From assembly GCA_030704615.1 (NCBI GenBank), contig CM060733.1, positions 69,192,001 to 69,256,000 on the forward strand: DNA of 64,000 nt, written 5' to 3'. Source of the stretch: Takakia lepidozioides. Its lineage: Eukaryota; Plantae; Bryophyta. The position numbers and the translations under genes are program-made. Below the pieces are notes generated by a model. That model was not told the DNA's origin and did no database searches. It was given only the letters and a program-made list of their open reading frames with translations. This document shows positions 39,615-52,900 of the stretch, piece after piece (the stretch's first letter is position 1; each line of letters opens with the position of its first letter).

Positions 39615-42600
39615 ATGACGAGGCGTCGTTTGTTAGAGAACACAGGGCCAAGGCAGCAGGTGAACGCGGAGACTGATTCACAAGAGCAGACGGAGACTGA
39701 GGCAGCGGCTGTGACACAGTCGGCGATAAGAGTGCGCCAGCCTGTGGAGGCAGAGATGATTCGCAGGGACACTGAAGAAGGTGGAAGCACGCGGATCGCC
39801 GAACCGGGAGAAGGTCAAGAAACCCTAGCGCAGACAGAAATTCCAGCAGATGTGAGAGGGAAGAGGAAAGCTGCAGAAGGGGATCAAATTTCAAAACCTA
39901 AGAAGGTGCCAGTAAGTTTTATCTAACTTACATTTCATTGTTGAAGATATGCGTAGAGATTGAGTGGAATGTCCCAGACAGGGATTGTCGCTACCGACAA
40001 TCACAAAGGTGATTTGCTTTCTACTCCTCTGCGAAGGGTTTACAGCACAATGAGTTGGTGACTATCGGTACAGTCATTCACTGGTGTTCAGATCATACAG
40101 TCTGTCTGATTGCCTTTCAAGGAGTCCTTCCTCTTCCCTTCTTTAGCAGGAACTACTGAATTGCAAGCGTCGTTAACGCCATTCGATTCTCCTCATGACA
40201 TTTATGTACCTATGTGTTTGAAGAGAGAGTCTGCACTTACTATCCGCCCTAAACTACACTGAATGTCGTTGCGCCAATCAGTTGCACATGTATGTCATTA
40301 CACAACACCGATCCGGCAGGTCGTTATCTGTTGTGATTGTCGTTAACGCCGTTCGCTATCGCTCTCGCTTTTGTTTTGAATACGGCAATATCAGCTTTGC
40401 TTGTGTAGATTGTGCTGAATTCTTTCACACCATTCATGGTGAGTTTCTTTGAGACAGAGTGATGGTCGTTACCGCCATTCACTATTTGCAAATCACTCAG
40501 TCAGAACTGAATGGCATCGTGCAGAAAACTGTGAGGTCGAAGCCTACAGGATCAGAGGGGAAAGGATCTGGAGATGGGGACGAGTCCACAAAAAGCTCAG
40601 AGAATACAGATGAAGCAGATGAATCCGAAGTGCACTACCTTGACAAGGTGAAAGAACTCATGTCATTCCAGAAGGTAAACTCTCAGGAGGTTATAAGGGA
40701 CATGCTCGTATCTGGAGGGCGTCTGGACATACCTCTGTGCCGGATGATATCAATGCCTGTTGTGCGTCCACCTCTTTCCCATGACATAACAAAATTGGAG
40801 AGTGATTTTGTGCATGGATATAGACTTGGTGCACAAGTTTTTTATGTGTCACTGACGGATATAAATGGGAAAAGCACATTAGTGTCTCCAGAGATCAGTG
40901 ATAACTGGGATGAGTGCTGGAAAGATGCCAATGAGGAGTTCGAGCTGGGCCTCATGATGGGAAAGAACACCCAGCAATTCTGCAACCACATGTTCTACGT
41001 CTGGGACGGCAACCACCGATTGCTGGCATGGATGGGATACATTCAGAAACACCATTCGAAAGACAAAGACAAGCATGTTGCTGTGGAGGCAATGGTTTTG
41101 GATCCTGGAAACGACATCGCTAGGCTTCTTACAGCTATGCACGACGTGAACAAGTAAGTCATCCAGGAGATTTCATTCCCTCTGTAGTGTCTTATTAATT
41201 CTCAAAAAACAGTGTTAAGGAATGCAATGTTTCCAATGTTTTTGCAGATCGACAGAGAAATCGCATGTGACAACAAGCTTGGTTCACACACTATTCCGAA
41301 TTCAGAGGATTGGTCTGATGAAGCTGGATGATTTTCGGACAGTACTACCACCCAATATCATCAAGAAGTGCGAAACAGGAAGAGCTGCAGGCACTTGGTA
41401 TTCTTTGACACGAGAGGCGTTTCTGGAGTACATGTATGCGGTAAGCCCGAGTCTGTACTCTGTTTACTTTTCGAATACATGTTTGTAGTCCCTTCGGAGC
41501 TAATCACTACTTGAATGAATGCAGCATGAACTGGCAGAGGCAGCTGAGAAGGGAAAATCCGAATATTACCGCACTACACCAGAAGAACTAAGGACATCAA
41601 AGGGTGTGGAAGCTGCAATAAAGAAGGAGTTTGAAATGCGAAGAACCAAATTGATGTCAGCCTTCGGAAAGCAGCTTAGAATAGTAGATCCTGGACTTGG
41701 TCCTGAGTTCCTTCAGCAGATCAAAACACACTATGACAAGCATGTGCATCCGGAGATGCAGCAGGAGAAATTGCACCGGCTGGCCATATCGATGGTCGAC
41801 CCACAAACAAAAATAAGGTGGCTGGAGATATGGAACTCAGATCAAACAGTAAAGGACTTGAATCAGTTCCCAAAGAGCACCATACAGCCTGGCACAAAGG
41901 TGGAAGGAATCAGTGATTTGGTGTTTGATAACTGGCTCCACAAGGCTACATTTTGGAGTCAGGTGTGTATTCGAACATGCTGTTTTCTTCTCTTCAAGTA
42001 TGTGATGACTATCTCTTTTGCAATTCTGACAAATATACTATTTGCAGCTCGAAAAGCGCGCCGTCATTGTGCTGGATCAGACTTTGAAGGACCTGAACAT
42101 TTCGATTGTTTCCCCTCCCCAAATGTCATTGGAGGCATACATAAGGAAGTGGAGAGGTCTCACCTGGAGATACTGTTTTTTCCGGGAGTTCTCCAAAGAT
42201 GGTAACATTTTACGGTCCAACGACTTTGACAGTCAGGTTGGAGGAGAGTGGGCCATGATGCGAGTTGTGTACAGATGAATGTCATACTTGAAACTCTACT
42301 GTTTTTTTTGGGAAAAAATGTGGCTTCATATGGATTGCAATCTTAGATCCAGATTGTATGTCGTTGACGACATTCACTTTGTCTGAGTCATTCTTAAGCG
42401 AGTATATGAATTCACCTGGTTAGGATCTAAGGGTGCAATTATATTGTCCCTGATTAGAATTGATAATGTCCTTGAATGGCGTTGACGACATTCACCTACG
42501 GAGTTTTTGAGAGGTCCTCAGAGTTATGTAAATTTTTGTAATGTCCATAGAGGTTACAGTGAGGGTTCCTCACTTCATTTTGCTGAATGTCAATGCAGAT

Positions 42601-45333
42601 ATTCAGTTGTTATGCATTGTTTTTGCCTCTTGCGAGGAATCTGGAGGCTTGATAAGCTCTGTTATGAGAAATCCAAAGTGAATGTCGTTGACGACATTCA
42701 CTGCTGTATCTGTATTATTCAACAGCGACAAATTGAATTTACATGGATTGGGAGCTAAGTAATTGGTTTCTTTTTGGTATTTTTGTGAATGGCGTTGACG
42801 CCATTCACATACAGTGATGTTGTGAGGTCCTCAGTGATATGTTCGTTATGAATGTGCATTGAGTTTTCCTGGTGGGTTCCTTACTCGATTTTTTGATTTC
42901 CATCCTGTGATTTTGCTTCATTTAAGTATTAATTTGGCTTCATTAGTGAATGTCGTTGACGACATTCACTTCTATGTCTGTGTCATTCCTAAACGATAAT
43001 TTGCATTCACCTGGATTGGGGTGTATTTACAGTATCATTGAATGGAATGTTCTGAATGGCGTTGACGACATTCATATCTGGAGCAATAGTGTGGTCCTGA
43101 AAGGTCCTTGGAGCAGTTCTCAGAGCCATTTCAATCTATGTTTTTTTCATTCTGTTCTAGTTGCATCTTACTCACTGAGCGCTTTTGTGGGTTGGGATTT
43201 ATCTCCTTTTTTCAGGTACACGAAATATGTGCTTATGGAAGGAAATCACCTGAGCGGAATTCCCGACTATCTTGACATGTGGTCGGACCCTGCCCATCTG
43301 AGCACACGACCTTTCAAGAACAGCATATGAAATACTTGAACAATAACGCTGAGATGCTGGCGCCTTTGACTGACGAAGAGTATCAACGAAACATAGCAAC
43401 GTTGGCTGCCAAGGAGCCTGATGCTCAGGGAACGCCGCAGAAGGGAAAGAAGGCGGGCCGCAAACCAAAAGACAAGGCTGTTGATGTCATAGCCATCTCA
43501 CCAGCAAAGCCAAAGGACAAAGACAAGTCCAAAGAGAAGGAAAAGGACAAGGGGAAGGAGAATGAAAAGGAGATGGAGAGTGGGCAGGACTTTACTGCTG
43601 GAAGATATACCCGCACTCTTCAGTGCGTGTTCGATGCCAAGCCACACCCTTCCCGTTCTGATTCCGCAGGAGAGATGAAAATTGTTAATGAGGGTTGGCT
43701 TTCGATGATGCAGAGTCGAAAGAGAGGATACACTGGGGTGCCATCCCTACCTGGGACAATATAATCTCATTCCTCAATCTGGTGAGAATTCCAGTTTCTT
43801 TCCTTTTTCTCTGAAAGTTTCGTTGGCAGTATTTCAGTCTCGTTCTTTGAAAACAATCTTGCAATCGTTCTTATAAAAAACATGTCTGTTGCAGGTGAGC
43901 ACAGGTCCCACCTTCGTGTGCGGTGTGCAGAAAACTTATGCGGCCGACATTGTCATTCTCGACATCCCGGATGGCCAGGCTGTGCCAGAAGTTCTTCCAA
44001 AGGGCAAGACACCAGGCTAGAACAAATTCGAGGACAACTACTGGAGTTGGGTGTTCGGGTTCTGCAACAACTTCCTCTCTGATGCAGGGACACTTCTGCT
44101 TTTTCAGTCATGTGACAATGATAGTCGTCGGGCATTGGCATCATACCTCAAGTCTTCAGGGTTTGAAGTTTTGCGCACATGGAATTGTGTGAACAGCCTC
44201 TACCTTGTGAAAGGGGGTTTCCCTGGTCAGCTGGTATGTCGTCTCCCTTCTGCTTGTGCTTTGATCATGAGTTTCAATTTTCTCTGCAGCTCCACTCTAG
44301 TAGAATGTGTTATGATCGACACCGATCATCACCGATTCATGATTTTTTTGTGTCAGAGTTCTGAATAGCCGATGTACACACTTTCACTATAGATTGTGTT
44401 TACCACACTAACCTGCTATCTTTGCCAGACGAGGATGTTCGAGGTGATCTGCCTGCGGAGGATTCGCACCTCAAAGACACCATCCTCCATTCGCAGCTTT
44501 GAGATTTCTGACCAAGGTTGTTTCGTCAACCCCCCCTATGAGCCCCATGTCGATGACATTTTGTACAACTTCATGCAGTCCAGTCAGACTCTGAAGAGAC
44601 CAGATGGCACTCCCTGGAGAGGTGCAAAGGAAAAGTCACCAGCGTTCATGCAAATACTGCTGGAGTCATGCAGCCACCGCTCTGCAAGGGTGGTCGATCT
44701 TTCTGTGTCCACAGGTTCGTTTTTTCCCTTCCGAATTGGTTTCCTTTCAATAGTTTCATCTGCTTAAATCCCCCCCTCCAAACTGTTCATGTTCTCCTGT
44801 CTGGTGCAAGAGCAACTTACCACGCATGCAAGGCAGGCGGAAGAAGCCTTTTTGGCATGGAGGGTGATTCTGACCTCTACAACACAGTGCTCCTCCCCCT
44901 TTTGTCTGGCTCCACTTCAGGCACACAGACTGATCGGATTCAAATTCGAAATGATGACGATCCCGAAGATAAGCAGGTCGATGACGACTTTTCATGTGAG
45001 TAAGTGCTAAACCCTCTTTGGGAGTCATACTCAATTTCTCGATAACATCAAAGTTACAGTAATAACTTTTTTCAGGCTGTCTTTCAGGAAAGGCAGCGGT
45101 GGATCTTCAGGAGATACAGTCATTTCTGGCGAGTCTATTTTCGACAGCCCCCTTTCCAATTTTCTGCTTCCTGTTTATGCCGAGGCAATGGCACTTCACG
45201 CGGCCGAGTCCCTATCCCCTGACTTTTTAGTGGTCAGCCGTAGGTGTATCCAGCGTGGATCCGGTGTTCTAAAATACTTAGACTTAGATGCAGAGGAATC
45301 GGGGATACATTGTACTGACTCTGAGTCAGACTG
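39615..45333 (+). pseudogene. ParB/Srx-like domain + beta-class N4-cytosine/N6-adenine DNA methyltransferase-like gene, copy 1
   Basis: Exons ~39615-39905, 40525-41153 (FYVWDGNHRLLAW), 41248-41440, 41525-41962, 42048-42274, 43216-43781, 43895-44233 (DIVILDIPDG..FLSDAGTLLLF), 44429-44714 (RGAKEKSPAFMQILLESCS..RVVDLSVSTG), ~44809-44995 (ATYHACKAGGRSLFGMEGD). Motif order IV-VIII, X, I, II is beta class. Lesions: GT>AT donor at 42275, deletion at ~43290, frameshift at ~43745, TAG at ~44018. Confidence 0.75.
42356..43075. repeat. Intronic array of ~22-24-bp palindromes (G)TGAATG(T/G)CGT-TG-ACG(A/C)CATTCA(C), ~320-bp higher-order unit
   Basis: Palindromes at ~42358, 42473, 42583 (variant), 42678, 42785, 42946 and 43053. 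Confidence 0.9.
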
Positions 45334-46019
45334 AACTGTATTCTTTTAATATTCATTTTCATATTATCTGGAAAACGTTGAATCCCCTTCCTCCACCGTA
45401 GTTGTTCCTTTAGAACAAATAATAATCACAGAATCACCTTTCGTTTAAATTGCAATATGTATGAATCCATCTCACAAACCTCCCTGACTCTTCTCATATC
45501 CATTGTGCATTCATCTACACTGTATTCATGCGTGCTCCATTCATGAATTTTTTCCTTTGTACAACATCCATTGTACATTCATCCTCTGTACTCTTTAATC
45601 CACCCCACAAACCTTCCACACTCATTTCATATACGAGGTGCATTCGTCAAAAGATTTGGTCATGCATCTTCCTGTCATGAATTTTTGTCATTGCTCAACA
45701 TCCATTATACATTCATCCATTTTACTCTTATCCATCCCTCATTCATCCATCTACATTCATTTTTCACACTCATCCATCTGTTTATCATCCAACTGTACAT
45801 TCATCCATCCTTTATTCAATGCCTTTTATTATGTCGTCCAGCTTGTTTCCGCGGTAAAGGGTGCCAATCCGCGGGAATACACTCCACTTCTTTCTGGGCG
45901 CGTGCTGACGCGCCTTCACGTGTGATGACGTGGAGTGAGCCCCGTGACGTGGCATTTGCATAAGGTGATGTGGCGTGAGCGCAGTTGCGCTCACGTGACC
46001 AGGCTCACGCCGAGGCATC

Positions 46020-46877
46020 CCTGGGCACATGACACACACTCGCCGCCGTGTGGTGTGAAGGCACTGATGCACAAACGTGCATTCTGAATCCCTCGTGGTG
46101 TCAATGTTGTCAGTGCAGCAACCCGCTGTCAAACCATATGCCACAGCCAGATTGAATTGTAGATGGGTCGTGGCCCAACGCCCCCTCCTTCTCTCCATTG
46201 CAGAATGCAAGATATACGCATTCACTAGCGTGGTATCCATAAGAAAAAAAAACAGACGATGCCACCACTTCTTTGTGCATAGCTGCAAGCTGTACGCACC
46301 CCTAAGCTGGTCCTGCACATCCACCCCTTGCATGTACGTTTGGTATTGCACATGTGCAGGTACGGATGGCACAAGCACTCTCTGGTTTCCCACAAAACGG
46401 CGTACAGTCACAGGAGAGGAAGGGCTGCAAGCTGGCCTAGCTGCAGATGACAGTAAGAATACACCCTTCTTGTCCCACCACAACAAAGCAGCCACCTCCC
46501 TGGACTTATGCATCATGTACCATGACTGCCCTTGCTTGGCAATCTTGGATTTTTTCATTTTCAGCAAAGAGGGAGGGAGACCCTTTCTGTTCACTCTTAC
46601 CGTGTCAGTGGCCCAAGTGCCAAGTTTGGCCATGTCATATAGAAGCTGGACCCCTGTAAAGTAATTATCAGTCACAATGACATGGCCCAAACCATGCAGC
46701 CCGTCGGCCAGCCGAGTGACCACATCATAACCTTCTCCCTTCCCACTTTTCTGCCTCTTGCCATCTGGCCCTCTTGCATTCTTATCAGCATACACTGAAA
46801 AGTCGTAGACATATGAAGTCTCTGAGTCAGCCAAGGCCCACACCTTGATGCCCCATTTGCATGGTTTCTTAGGTAGT
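46020..46877 (-). pseudogene. piggyBac-like (PGBD, DDE_Tnp_1_7) transposase fragment
   Basis: LPKKPCKWGIKVW; VTDNYFTG; TVRVNRKGLP; WWDKKGVFLLS; YMQGVDVQDQLR..YS..KKWWHRLFFFLMD..VNAYIL; start of Cys-rich domain CVMC. Truncated on both sides by the inverted arms. Confidence 0.92.
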
Positions 46878-46976
46878 GATGCCTCGGCGTGAGCCTGGTC
46901 ACGTGAGTGCGTGAGCGCAACTGCTCTCACGCCACGTCACCTTGCACCAATGCCACATCATAGGGCTCACTCCACG

Positions 46977-49900
46977 TGTCGCGCACCTCACTTCGGTAAG
47001 CTCCCCCTCAAGTCATAGTTACTCGCTTTGATGCGCGCGCCTGACTCCCAACCGGCCGCCGGGCCAACTTGGAGCTTTGGCTGCTCACCGGGACATAACG
47101 GTCCCCCTTCGCTCTCCCAAAAGACCCTCCACCTATTTGGGCCTAGTGGAATTCCCTTTGGTAGATGGCAGTCCAGAACAGCTCCCCACTCTTTGGTCGC
47201 TTTCCGGCTCGCTCGCTTACTCACTAGTTTTTGGTCACCAACGGGCTTGCACCGTTCTCGGGGTTACTACTCCCTATATATACTTCTGTAGCTGTCCGCG
47301 GGGGTTTCACAACCAGCCATGCCATTTTATGGCGAACCACCACGAAGACCCTCGATTCCCGGTGGTGAGTCGCGGTGAGTCTTGGCCCGCTCGCCACGGC
47401 CCCTATGGACCGTGATGAGTCCCAAGACTCCCCACGACTCCCACCACGAGGTCTCCGCCCCCATGGTGAGTCCTATGCCACCCCCACTAAGTCCCACTAA
47501 GCTACCACCACCCCTTGTGGAGCCACCCCCACCGCAACCCGGTGTGCGGGGCTCCACCTAGTGAGCGCCTCTGCTTCCCTGAGTGCCTTGGGCACTCAAG
47601 GGTGCTTCAGCCCCCCCCCCTATACCTATCGCTGCCGCTGCCCCCACCACAGGGGCAACCCCTCATGTGTCCCGACCCCCTGCCCTCAAGGCAAAGGGCC
47701 GCGACACACACCCCTACCAACAGGGAGTCGATGTCCTCATCGACTTGTCCATTTTGTAGAAACGAACATCCAAGTTGCGGCGTCCCACATCAAGGAGTTT
47801 ATTTCTGTACCATGGCATCCCATGGCAAAGAACCAAACCCCACACTTGACTCTACTCTCCACTAGCTAGTTCGGCCGACTTCCTCCAAGTCCCGGCCAAG
47901 GGTGGAGCCTCTCCAGCTCCTCCCAGTGCACTCTTCTTGGCCTACTTCAAGGCCAAGGAACGATCCTCCCCGAGGATCGAATCGCCTTACTGCAACAACA
48001 TTTGCTTGCGATCGCTCATGATGCCGCTTTTGGCATCACCTTGAGCAAGGGTTCACCTGGAACCCTCTTTGACTAGGAAGATAACCTTGAACCAACCATG
48101 CGCCCCAATCACTACAATTGGGTCCGCCTTGGAATGCTGGCCTGAGGTACGGGAACACGCCGAAGCCGCACTACGACTTCATCCCGAGGCTAACACGATT
48201 ATAGTACGTGAACGGAAGCACGTAGCTTCTGTGTTAGCCCGCACTACAAGGCAACCCCCTCGGTAGCGCAGTTATAGTACGCGCACGCACCAGGTGCGCA
48301 CTAGCACGTGAACTCCCAAAGAAGGCGCAAGTTTCCTTGCCCCTTGGATGGGAGTCAACCGATTTCGGCACTGCGCAAACACACGATTAACCCAATTTAC
48401 CTCTCCCATTTTTGTAAGCTAGCATGCATTCTACACACTAGCCAACCACACCATGCATCACCATTCCAAACACAATAGGACGCACAATATTTTGAACCCA
48501 TTTCCTTTATAACAAATTTTTGTACAATACAAGTTTTTGCAATCGGATTCCTGAGCTAGCTAAACCGGGCTAAGCATGCATTTCCTCCCCCACGCTCCAA
48601 GGTTGATGTCCCCATCAATGTTTGTTCCGCTTTTGAGGTCGCCCTTCGAACGCTGCAACTGCCTCGGATGCGTTTCCCATTTCTGAGGCACGCACCCAAG
48701 ATGCCTCCACATGATGATAGCCCTTCCATTTGACGAGATACTCCGTTTCTCGGTTCTTGAACCTCCTCGACTTAAGTATTGCCTCCACCTCGTACTCAGA
48801 TTCATTTTCATGATCCAACAGCATAGGTGGCGGACGCAACATTTGATGCCGATTCGGACGTGCTTCATCTTTGAAGTAAGGCTTCAAAAGGGAGACATGG
48901 AATACTGGGTGCACCTTGCTGTTTGCCGGCAGCTCCAATTCATACACATCCTCATTCATAACCTTCCGAATGCGAAAGTGACCCGCATACGGAGGTACGA
49001 ACTTCGGACTCACTTCCGGAGGTAGTCGGAAATTCTTGATGTTCAACCAGACCTCTGTGCCTGCCTCAAACTTCACTTCCCTCCGCTTCCGATTCGCCTG
49101 CCTTTCATACCGTTTCCTAGCTTTGGTAATGTTGTACTTTGCGAGCTTCAACAAACGCTCGCGTTCTTCCAGTACCGCCGCTACTGCCGGTTCCTCAACG
49201 TCCTGGGCGGCCCAACTTGTCGGCACCAGAGGTGCTTTTCCATAGACCAATACGAAAGGGGAAACTCCCGTTGCGGAGTGTTCTGTGTTATTATAACAGA
49301 ACTCTGCCGCGTCTAAGTGTTCCATCCAGTCTGATTGGTCTGCCGACACGTAATTCCGCAAGAATTGCTTCACTACGGAATTCACTCTTTCCGTTTGGCC
49401 GTCCGTCGTAGGTCGGAAGGCGGTGCTCATCTTCAGCCTCGTCCCCATCTTCTTCCAAAGTGTCCTCCAAAATTTACTCGTAAACTTTGGATCGCGATCC
49501 GAGACAATATCCTTCGGGACTCCATGATGCTTTAAGACGTGGGCGAAGTAAAGTCGCCCTGTCTCCTGCGCCGTTGCCGTCTCCTTGGTGGGGATGAAAT
49601 GGCCCATTTTACTGAACCTATCCACCACCACCATGATTGCATCGAATCCTTTTGACAGCGGCATAGCAGTCATGAAATCCATCGAGACGCTTTCCCAAGT
49701 CCCCTCTGGAATCGGCAAGGGTTGTAACAGCCCCGCTTGCTTTTTGTACTCGCTCCGGTTTTGTTGGCATGTGGTGCATGTCTTGACATACTCCTCTGCC
49801 TCCTCCCTCAGTTTGGGCCAGAAATACTCTTTCTTCAAGAGTGCCGCAGTGCGCTTGGCTCCACCATGGCCCGCAAGCGGGCTATCATGGCATTCTCTCA

Positions 49901-52900
49901 AGAGACTATCCCTGATCCCTCCCTTCGGCACGTAGAGACGCTTTTGCTTATACCGGAGCAGTCCATTTTGCAAGTGGAACTACGATTTAACCCCCATCCT
50001 CAAGTCCTGCATCACGGACTTCGCCAGCTCATCCTTCCGGCAAGCCTTCCGGATCTTCCTTTGGAGTGTCGTCTCGCCCTTGTACACCAACAAGAGCTGC
50101 TGCTTTCTACTTAAAGCATCGGCCACCACATTGTCCCGTCCCGGTTTGTACTGGATATCCACGTCGAACACTGCCAAAGTATCTTGCCACCTAAGTTGTT
50201 TTGGGGACAACTTGGGCTGCGTGGCAAAATACTTCACTGTGACATTGTCCATGAACACCTTCACTGGGTTGGAACCAACATAGTGGCGCCAGAGCTCAAG
50301 GCAATGCACCACCGCCTTCATCTCTTTTTCGTGCGTCGGCCACCGTCGCTCCACTTCATTCAGTTTCTTACTTTCGTAAGCCACTGGACGTCCATCTTGC
50401 ATAAGTACACCCCAATCGCGAAGTCCGACGCATCTGTATGAATCTCAAATGGACGATCGAACTCCGGGATTTTCAAGACTGGAGCTTCCGCCATCCGCTG
50501 CTTCAATTCAGCAAAAGCTTGGCCACAAAAGGTGTTCCATGCCCAGACTTTAGATTTACACAGAAGGTCCGAAGCGGCCCCGCGATCTTGGCGAAATTTC
50601 TCACATACTTCCGGTAATAGGAGGCGAGTCCTAGGAAGGATCGCACTCCCGGGACCGAAGTCAGAGGCTCCCAGTCCAAGATCGCCCTCACCTTTCTGTC
50701 ATCCATTTTGATCCCATCCTGTGTAATCACATGCCCCAGGAACTCCACTTTTGTGACCCCGAATTTGCACTTTGAAGCTTTGGCATACAGCTTCCCTTCT
50801 CGCAATTTTTGGAACACCCTTTTGAGGTGCTTCAGGTGCTCCTCCTTTGTTTTCGAGTACACCAAGATGTCGTCGATGTACACGATCACAAAGTCATCCA
50901 ACCATTCCTGGAAAAGGCTGTTCATCAGCGTGCTAAATGTCGCTAGTGCATTGGTGAGCCCAAAAGGCATCACCAAGAACTCATATGAACCATACCTTGT
51001 CCTGCACGCGGTCTTCTCCTCATCTCCTTCCGCCACCTGAATTTGGTGATAACCGGAGCGCAAGTCGATCCGGCTGAAATACTTCGCTCCTGCCAACCGA
51101 TCGAAGAGGTCGTCGATCCTTGGCAAAGGGTACCGGTTTTTGATAGTCACCTTATTCAGAGCCCTGTAATCGACACACATCTGCAGCGTCCCATCCTTCT
51201 TGTCTGCGAATAGCACTGGGGCTCCGTAAGGTGACTTACTCGGTCGGATGTACCCCTTTGACATTAGATCCTTGAGCTGAGTCTTCAGCTCGACCAACTC
51301 TCTGTGGCTCAACCGGTAGGGCGCCTTGGCAGGCGGTTCCGATCCCGGTATCACCTCAATCTTGTGGTCAACTCCTCTTCGCGGTGGCAAGCCGCTTGGT
51401 AAATCCTCCGGCATCACATCCTGGTATTTCTCCAAAATCCCCTTGATCCAATCTGGGCTCGGTTCCCCATCGCCTTCTCCTTTCACTTCTCTAATGTAAA
51501 GCAAAAACTGGGGCTCATGTGCCTCCTCCACGGCCCACTCCTTTGCTGATAGAAGGTTTATTCGCCCTCCCACGGATTTGGGCGTTTCAGACACTCGTAA
51601 AACCTCACCACCATTCCCACATGGCAGCATGACTACTCTCTTGCGGCCATCTATGACCGCTCCGGATTTGCTCAAAAAGGTCATCCCCAAAATGAGATCC
51701 ACTTCATCGATCTCGCAGATGGTGAAGTTCTCACGTCCCTCCCAACTCCCCAGTTGAAGAGGAACATCAATCGCCAACCTTGTCAACAACTGTGGTTCTC
51801 CTTTGGCAGAACGCACCTCAATAGAGGCCCCAACGTCACTTGTCGGGAGTCCCAGCTTTTGTGCCGTTGCCGGTGTCATGAAGGAGTGCGACGCTCCTGT
51901 GTCCACCAACAACGACACATTAGTTCCGGATATTATCCCATCCACGAACAATAACTGACTCCCTTTTCGTAAGGCGCCAGTTTCCTGATACAACTCACAA
52001 GAAAATTTTCCTACCTTGCAAGTCCTGGCGACCACCGCTTCCACCAAGCGACTGATGGTCTCTTCCGACAGCTCTGTGGTTGCCCGAGTCATGTTCAATT
52101 GTCGGGGCTTCGTGCACTTCTTGGCCATGTGCCCGGGCTCCCCGCAATTGAAACACACTCCATCAAAGGTCGCCTTCTGTCCGCCATAAGCCGCTCCACG
52201 CGCTTTTCCTTTCGAAGCACCGGGTGCCACCTTGACGTGTGAAGGCCCTCCCTTCGATTTCCACGTGCCATTTTCGCCGCGTGGCCTATCCCACTTCTTT
52301 TCCGGTCGGAAGGAGTCACCTTCCCGCCGAATCTTCTTGTGGTTCAGCTCCGTACGGCCTTGTCTTTCACCCCTAGGGACATCCGAGAAACATTCAGCCC
52401 TCTCAATTGCCTCGTTCAAAGTCTTGGGTGGCTTCTCCTCCAACTTCCGCCTGGCCCATGGGGCCAATCCCGCCACAAAGTTGAAGACCATTTCTGGTTT
52501 TGCCATGTCCGCGACTTCGAGCAACAGCACATTGAAAGCCTGGACATACCCCCGAATGTCATCTGTTTGCTTCAAATTCCTCATCTTGTCCCGGGCAAGC
52601 CAGGACGCGTTGAGGGGCACAAACTGTCTCTTCAACAATTCCTTGAACCCACTCCAGTTCAAGGTTTCCGGACTTGGACCTCGGTCGTGAAGGCGTTTCT
52701 GCCACCATTGTTGAGCATAGCCCCTCAAATAGGTGGGAGCCACTTCCACCCGATCCTCGTCACTCAACTTGGCCGCCCGGAAGTACTACTCTAGCTCCAG
52801 GAGCCAGGTGTTGAGTGCCTTCCGGTTTCGAACGCCCTCGAAGGTGCCGGGTTCCTTAGGCTTCACCTTAAACTTTGCCTTAGTGGAAGTGGCATTAGCC

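Larger units (their letters stand above)
38731..46019 (+). mobile_element. MULE-like element copy 1 (internally deleted transposase, ParB-MTase-like cargo gene); left arm of a giant inverted repeat
   Basis: Reverse-complement homology to 46878-46976 plus 53832-61337 throughout. Transposase ATG (MASSEAEFFS) on - at 38759 is truncated after ~10 codons. Outer terminus not identified. Confidence 0.8.

Noticed and set aside
42356-43075. CRISPR-like appearance of regularly spaced palindromes
   Set aside because: Spacers are ~70-140 bp and homologous to each other in a ~320-bp higher-order unit; no cas genes; located in a eukaryotic intron.
45812-46930. 372-aa ORF as a complete piggyBac transposase
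   Set aside because: Both ends are read-through into the inverted arms; the first catalytic Asp region and most of the Cys-rich tail are missing.
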